A stretch of DNA of 63,674 nucleotides, the filler included, from Blastocystis sp. subtype 4 (taxonomy: Eukaryota): NCBI RefSeq assembly GCF_000743755.1. It is 3 parts of 3 records of this genome, joined end to end, with 100 filler letters (N's around TTAATTAATTAA, not from the genome) between each part and the next. Parts side by side here need not be neighbours in the genome. Positions count along the whole stretch, not along the records: positions 47,313 to 63,674 come from NW_014569306.1; 2 more parts are not named here. One strand, 5' to 3'. The first letter of the stretch is position 1; each line of letters opens with the position of its first letter. This document shows positions 58,201 through 63,674 of this stretch, piece by piece. Below the pieces are notes generated by a model that saw only the letters and a program-made list of their open reading frames with translations, was not told where the DNA came from and did no database searches. The position numbers and the translations under genes are program-made.

Positions 58201-58840
58201 TTGAATCGTTCGAGACAGGAGTCACAATACGACCTGTTGATGAACTGATGTCTGTAGACCATGAACTCGCATCTCCATCGGTATGTGTACGTTGGTGAAG
58301 ACGAAGGTCACCAGAGTCATTAAAACTAAGAGGACAGCCAGGGAAGGTACATTGTAACAACTACAATTAAGAGTCAGAAGAATAATCCCACAGGCTTCGA
58401 TAGACCATAGGGCGTTTTCTTACGTTCCAAACCAAGAATACGAACAAATGTATTGATTGCACCAGTACTTCCAGTTCCAGCAAAGAGAATAACATCATTG
58501 TCAGTACAGTGGTACTAGAAATGAGGTCTATTGAGTCCATGAATACAGTATCACGAATGATCCCACGAGCTTCTTCTCTAAAGCAACTAGTCTGAATTCC
58601 AACATACGATGAAGAGGTATGGGTGTTCGAATACACAGGAAGAACTTCTTTCGTGATGTAGTCCTCAATGAACTTCACTGCTTTTCCAGAAGCAGCATAA
58701 TCAGCATACGTCTGTTTGTGAGGTTCGAAAGGACCATCGATCAATGCGTCATTTCCAACAAGATTCTCAGCAATTGACTTGGCAAGAACCTCTTTGGACT
58801 CAATTTGCTTCTCAACGTATTGCTGAGTCGATTCTTCCAT
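55231..58840 (-). CDS. Fusion: PLP-dependent class-V aminotransferase (cysteine-desulfurase-like, with inserted C2H2 finger) + TtcA-family tRNA thiotransferase
   Basis: YADYAASG, YSNTHT, EHHSNLLPW, FSPHK, EEGGTP, TRSGCMCAG; then SGGKDS PP-loop, CSWCSRMKRG, QHLDD, IRPFVY, CPAC. All joins are in frame with GT-AG introns. Confidence 0.9.
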
Positions 58841-59201
58841 CGAACCGAAGTTGTAGTTCAACAAACACGAAAACTTGATAATACGAAAATGCTCGGGGTT
58901 TGACAAAAACCCTTCACTTTGATAGTAAGTCAAGAACAACAAAGAAACAAAGATAGATTGTACATTTCAATAGAAAACTCGTGGACATTCAAGTCCACCC
59001 ATAGTCGTTGAAATGACCAAAACCTTAGTACTTTGCCAATTGTATCTCCATTGACCAAAATCATAGAGATACTTGCGGGTTTTCAGTTGAATGAATCGAA
59101 GCTAGGATTGTGTGTTTGGAGGACCTGCCAAAAGAACAAAAAAACCGCATTCATCGTTATTTTGTCTGGCAAAGAAACACATCAATTCCTATCTATTAAA
59201 G

Positions 59202-60086
59202 ATGCCTAGTATTGCTGAATGGGATTCTATTTACAACAAAACTCTCGAGATGATTAGTGTACGAAATAGACACCTTCTGAGTAATTGGAGTAGAGAGTGA
59301 AGGGAGCACTCGATCCTCATTCTGGAACGAAAGATGTGATAATATCAGATCTAAGTTGATTAATAGTTTGCAAAGGTTCAAACTCAACTCGATGTTGTAG
59401 AGAATAACATTCGGAAGATGCAGGCTGACTTAACAAGTATGTCACAAGATGCTGCAAAGTATAAACTGTATGCTTGTTTGCGAAGACTCATGCTTAGAAC
59501 GGATCGCGAAATAAAGCGCCGTGCGAACATGATTGACGGATTACTTCGAGAAAAGGTTTGATTAGTTGCGATGGTTCATAACTAGAAAGATTGTGATACG
59601 AAATTTGCTTCTTCAGGAGGTAATCTAAAGATGAAGTGACGATTGACAAACAGATATGATTTGTAGGAATCAATTAGTCCATGCAAATGTGGATCCGGAG
59701 AGTCTAACAAAGCAATCGGATGCTGATCTTCATCACATGCAGGAGCAGATCTTTGCTAGTATTATTATGTTTGATCTTTAAGGTATAGATCAGGAGCAAG
59801 CTCTCGTGGACATCAGCGACACATTAGGTCGTCTTCATGAGATTGGATCTGCTATCGGAACTGAAGCGGATCTTCATGTGGTAACCGGTATCAGAGAGAG
59901 TTCAATGAATAGAAACTGCTAGATGAGATGGATAGTAATGTGGATGTTGCTAAGAACCGTTTAATGCAAGAAAGCAAACGAGCAAAGAAAGTTAGCAAAA
60001 GTTCAGGAATGTGTAGATGGTATTGTGTGATTATTCTGCTGCTAATTCTTCTCATATATCAGATCGTATTTTATTTTAAGAACTAA
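59202..60086 (+). CDS. Qc-SNARE syntaxin (Syx6/8-like)
   Basis: QEQALVDISDTLGRLHEIGSAIGTEADLH…LLDEMD SNARE coil and C-terminal TM WYCVIILLLILLIYQIVFYF. Confidence 0.85.
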
Positions 60087-60422
60087 GTTTTTATTTGTTT
60101 CTATATACTTTTATCCATGATTTGTTTGGATAATGATACACTTCTCACATTACCGTTTACTTCTCTTAATTACTTCTTAACCAATATGCAAAATAACTTC
60201 AAATAGAAGAAGGGGCCAATAGGAAGACGAAATGAATATAATACCGTTATCGCGTTTATGTCCAATTGTTAGCGGAAATCATTCACAGGTTTGGGACCCC
60301 TGGACCGAGTTAGCTCTTATCTTATTATCAATAAAGCCCCAAAACAAGTCACTATACTTGCAGTCTTCATAAATATCAAGGACTCTAATAACTGCATAGT
60401 TTGACTCATAATTCCATTAAGA

Positions 60423-61646
60423 ATGAGTGTGGCTCCAACTTCTGGTATACAACACAAAGTCATGTCTGGGAAGAAGAGAATCATGGTATGTGGAGGTGCT
60501 GGATTTATCGGTTGTCATCTCTGCAAACGTTTGTTGGAGATGGTACATTCTTTTCACATATTTTGTGATTTTGTAGGGACATGAAGTCATTTGCGTTGAC
60601 AATCTCCTGACGGGATCCAAGGAGAACATCAAGCATCTTATTGGAAATGTATATGTCGTTGTTTTTGAACTTACAGATAGCCTAATTTCGATTTCGTTCT
60701 TCATGATATCCGTCAGCCGTTGTATGTGGAAGTTGATGAGATTTATAATTTGGCTTGTCCAGCTGCTCCTATTCATTATCAAGTAATTAATGGATGGAGT
60801 ATTGAGAGTAGACATACCCTATTAAGACATTTGAGTGTTCCGTTTTGGGCATTTTGAATCTGCTTCATCTTGCTAGGGATACTGGGTGCAGACTTCTTCA
60901 TGCTAGTACCAGTGAAGTTTATGGAGATCCCTCGGTTCATCCTCAAACAGGTACAGTTCTATTTCGTTTTTGATTTCAGAGGATTATCATGGAAATGTGA
61001 ATCCGATTGGACCTCGTTCTTGCTATGATGAGGGAAAACGTGCAGCTGAGTCAATTATGTTTGACTATTATCGTACATATAACCTTGATATTCGTGTTGT
61101 ACGTATTTTCAATACGTATGGACCTTACATGCATCCCTATGATGGTCGTGTTGTGACCAATTTCATTCGTCAGGCTCTTCGTGGCGAGGATATTACGATC
61201 TATGGAGATGGCAGCCAAACTCGCTCATTCCAATATGTGGATGATCTGATTGAAGTAGAATTCGAAGATAATATGATATGTAGGGAATGATCCGTATGAT
61301 GGAGAAGGATGATGTTACTGGACCTTTTAATTTGGGTAATCCTGTGGAATTCACTGTGAAAGAGCTTGCTGAGAAGGTAGTGAAAATGACAGGAAGCAAG
61401 AGCAAGATTGTGTATTTGGATCTTCCAAAGGATGACCCATGTAAGCGTAAACCTGATATTACTCGTGCTAGTAGAAGTTTGAGATACAAATGATGGATAG
61501 AGGAAGCTCTTGGCTGGGAGCCAAAGATTCAGTTAGATGAGGGTCTTGTAAAGGTGATCGAGTATATGAAGACAATTGATTGGAATAGCGTTCGTATGCC
61601 AAATCTTGTCAACAATATGGATACCATTATGAACCCTAAGGTTTAA
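60423..61646 (+). CDS. UXS1: UDP-glucuronate decarboxylase (UDP-xylose synthase)
   Basis: [54 protein letters not shown]. Confidence 0.95.
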
Positions 61647-61691
61647 GTCAGTCCCGTGATTCTTTGTTTGTTTCCCACCTTTTTTTTCCTC

Positions 61692-62640
61692 ATGAATCTG
61701 GCTTCGCAAGTCACTGTAATGGAGTGCAAATTGCTCTCTGCACAGGCTTTGATCGACGTCTTAAATGCCATGTCTTGTTCTCATCAACAACTCATGATTA
61801 GTTCAAGTGGAGACAAATCAGAACAAATCCGAATTGATATCAGTGATACTGGATTATCGTTTCATGTTACTGACAAGACAAAGACAATTCAACTCTCCAC
61901 TCATTTAGCAACATCTTTATTTGATGAATATCATATTGAAGGGCCTACAGACTCTGTTATGTGTAATTTGGAACCCTTATCGAAATGTGTATCCATTTTT
62001 GGTAACAGCAAACTGATGATGACGACACTTCAGATGATGTATTCTTCAGATGATCGGTGTATCAAACTTGTCCTTGATGAGAATGAGTCAGCATAGGTGC
62101 TTTCACTGAGTTGTAGAATGCACAGTGAATGCCAAATCCGAACTCTTCTTTCTGTAGACGATATTGCTGATTACTCGCCTCTCTTCACAGATGATCTCAC
62201 CGTATGTCTATAGTCCGTATATCACATAGCTCCTAGGCGCTATTATTGATCCTCCTGCGCTTCGGAGTGCTCTTTCCGAAGTGGACAACATGAAGAATGC
62301 ATCTGAAGTAGAGGTTGCTTGTCATCCTGATGGAGGGTTGTGTGTTTCCTGTACAGATGCTCTTGTGTCGTAGGGTTATGCAGGATGATTTCAACTAGAT
62401 ATGATGGATTCTTAGATAATGTTAGCTCGATTTTGGCTGAATTCTATTGTAAGGAAGAGAAGAGTTGGAAGTACAACAGACAGCATCTGCTGAGATGTGG
62501 AAAACCGTTATCTCTTGCTTTGAAGGTTTTTCTTCGTATCAACAATAATGGTATTATATGTATCCAACATTTATTAAACGATGATGCTGAGGTACAGTTA
62601 TTCATTGATTGTTTTCTCCATCCTTTGGAGACTGTATCAT
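61692..62640 (+). CDS. RAD1: Checkpoint clamp (9-1-1) subunit Rad1; stop probably completed by polyadenylation
   Basis: GLSFHV…LFDEY…CVSIFG, SECQIRT, KVFLRINNNGIICIQH…FIDCFLHP. In-frame T62640 + TTCT + TGTTTGTT. Confidence 0.85.
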
Positions 62641-62692
62641 TTCTTGTTTGTTCGGATAGGCTCATTATAAAAGAAATCGCTTCTTGACAGAA

Positions 62693-63468
62693 ATGGATTA
62701 CATAGGACACCGAAAGATCTTTGTTGCTGTCTCTTTCATGATTGCAGTCATTCTTCTTCCTCTAATTTGGTGTTCTTATGGCTCGACTAAACTTGAACCA
62801 GTAGATCCAGCGACATGGACAAAAGATCCCCATTCTTCGATTGTATAATCATCGTTGGTATTTGACTTTGTAGATACACGTTGCAGTGAATATGGATAGT
62901 GTTTGTATAATATATTGTGTTCATCTGTAGTTGGCTCACTTTTCCCAGTCTGATCTCCTAAATGAGGAATATGCTTCTGCTATACTCAGTTGGATAGGTG
63001 AGAAATCAAATTGGAAACGGGTCTTTTCAGGAAACGAAGATGTAATGACTCCCGAATCTTTCCATTCAATTGTTGATAACAAGGGTGCTATTATTCACAT
63101 AGTTGAAGATGATAACAATAACCTTTTCGGAGCATACTCTTCTGTTGGTTTCGATTCTTCCAAAGGGAATGGCATTATGTATGGTGACAATCACCATTTC
63201 CTATTCACTCTAAAGAACCCCTATTCTATTCCTCCTACGTTGTTTAAGAATAGAGAACCCCGTTTTTGTATTTCGTATGTTGATGTATATGGTCCTTCGT
63301 ATGGTTCTCATGGTGATCTTACTTTCCGGGGTCATGATGGTCATTTTTGCGAATCACATAGTATCAACTTTCCATGGTCCTATGAAGATCCCACAGGCAA
63401 AGGAAATCTAATCTTTACTGGAAAGGAAAGGTTTTGTGTAAAGAATATGGAAGTGTTCATTCGTGAGT
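62693..63468 (+). CDS. TLDc-domain protein with N-terminal signal anchor; stop probably completed by polyadenylation (genomic TGA at 63477-63479 otherwise)
   Basis: FHSIVDNKG, FGAYSS, FLFTLKNP, GPSYG, MEVF; N-terminal IFVAVSFMIAVILLPLIW. T63468 + CTTC + TGTTTGAA. Confidence 0.85.
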
Positions 63469-63507
63469 CTTCTGTTTGAAACAATCACTATCTGTCAATT
63501 ACTATCT

Positions 63508-63674
63508 TTATTTGCAACTGTCCCTATTCCAATTTGGAATAATGGAATGAGTAACCTTGTATATCCGAGTATGTCGAGCTCGGGTTATTGATAAAGCAAC
63601 TCGACCAAATCCACTTCCTTCACATACTATCAAGCCATCTGTATCTGCTAACAGATACAAATCAACAAGAGCAT
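63508..63674 (-). CDS. 3' end of a probable fucosyltransferase (GT-B fold, motif III)
   Basis: ALVDLYLLADTDGLIVCEGSGFGRVA matches the D..LL..D…S.F…A motif of alpha-1,2/1,6/O-fucosyltransferases. TAA at 63510-63508. Confidence 0.6.
   Translation of the reverse strand, partial: ALVDLYLLADTDGLIVCEGSGFGRVALSITRARHTRIYKVTHSIIPNWNRDSCK

Noticed and set aside
60301..60316. TGGACCGAG-TTAGCTC matches the 5' end of the tRNA-Tyr locus (1553-1569) with one indel
   Set aside because: No anticodon or T arm follows, and a match of this length is expected by chance in a 64-kb self-comparison.

Overview
Compact, intron-rich nuclear DNA of a eukaryote, most likely the gut stramenopile Blastocystis. The evidence is about 30-nt GT-AG (occasionally GC-AG) introns, tiny intergenic spacers and a TGTTTGTT-like motif just past most 3' ends. 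It holds about 34 spliced protein genes (some partial), tRNA-Tyr(GTA, 16-nt intron) and tRNA-Gly(GCC). Two artificial 100-nt linkers (N44-TTAATTAATTAA-N44) split the window into three unlinked blocks. Highlights: (1) seven genes whose stop codon is apparently completed by the poly(A) tail, with a fixed T-NNNN-TGTTTGTT geometry and back-to-back bidirectional 3'-end cassettes shared by convergent genes; (2) unusual fusions: cysteine-desulfurase-like/C2H2/TtcA, ARB2(FAM172)-FYVE-AGC kinase, PH-PP2A B56 and SAP-WD40-cyclophilin; (3) a candidate structured ncRNA carrying a CCCTAACCC telomerase-template-like sequence; (4) small deletions in conserved motifs, including a frameshift in SHMT. All gene models were spliced by eye, so coordinates are gene spans including introns and some starts are approximate.
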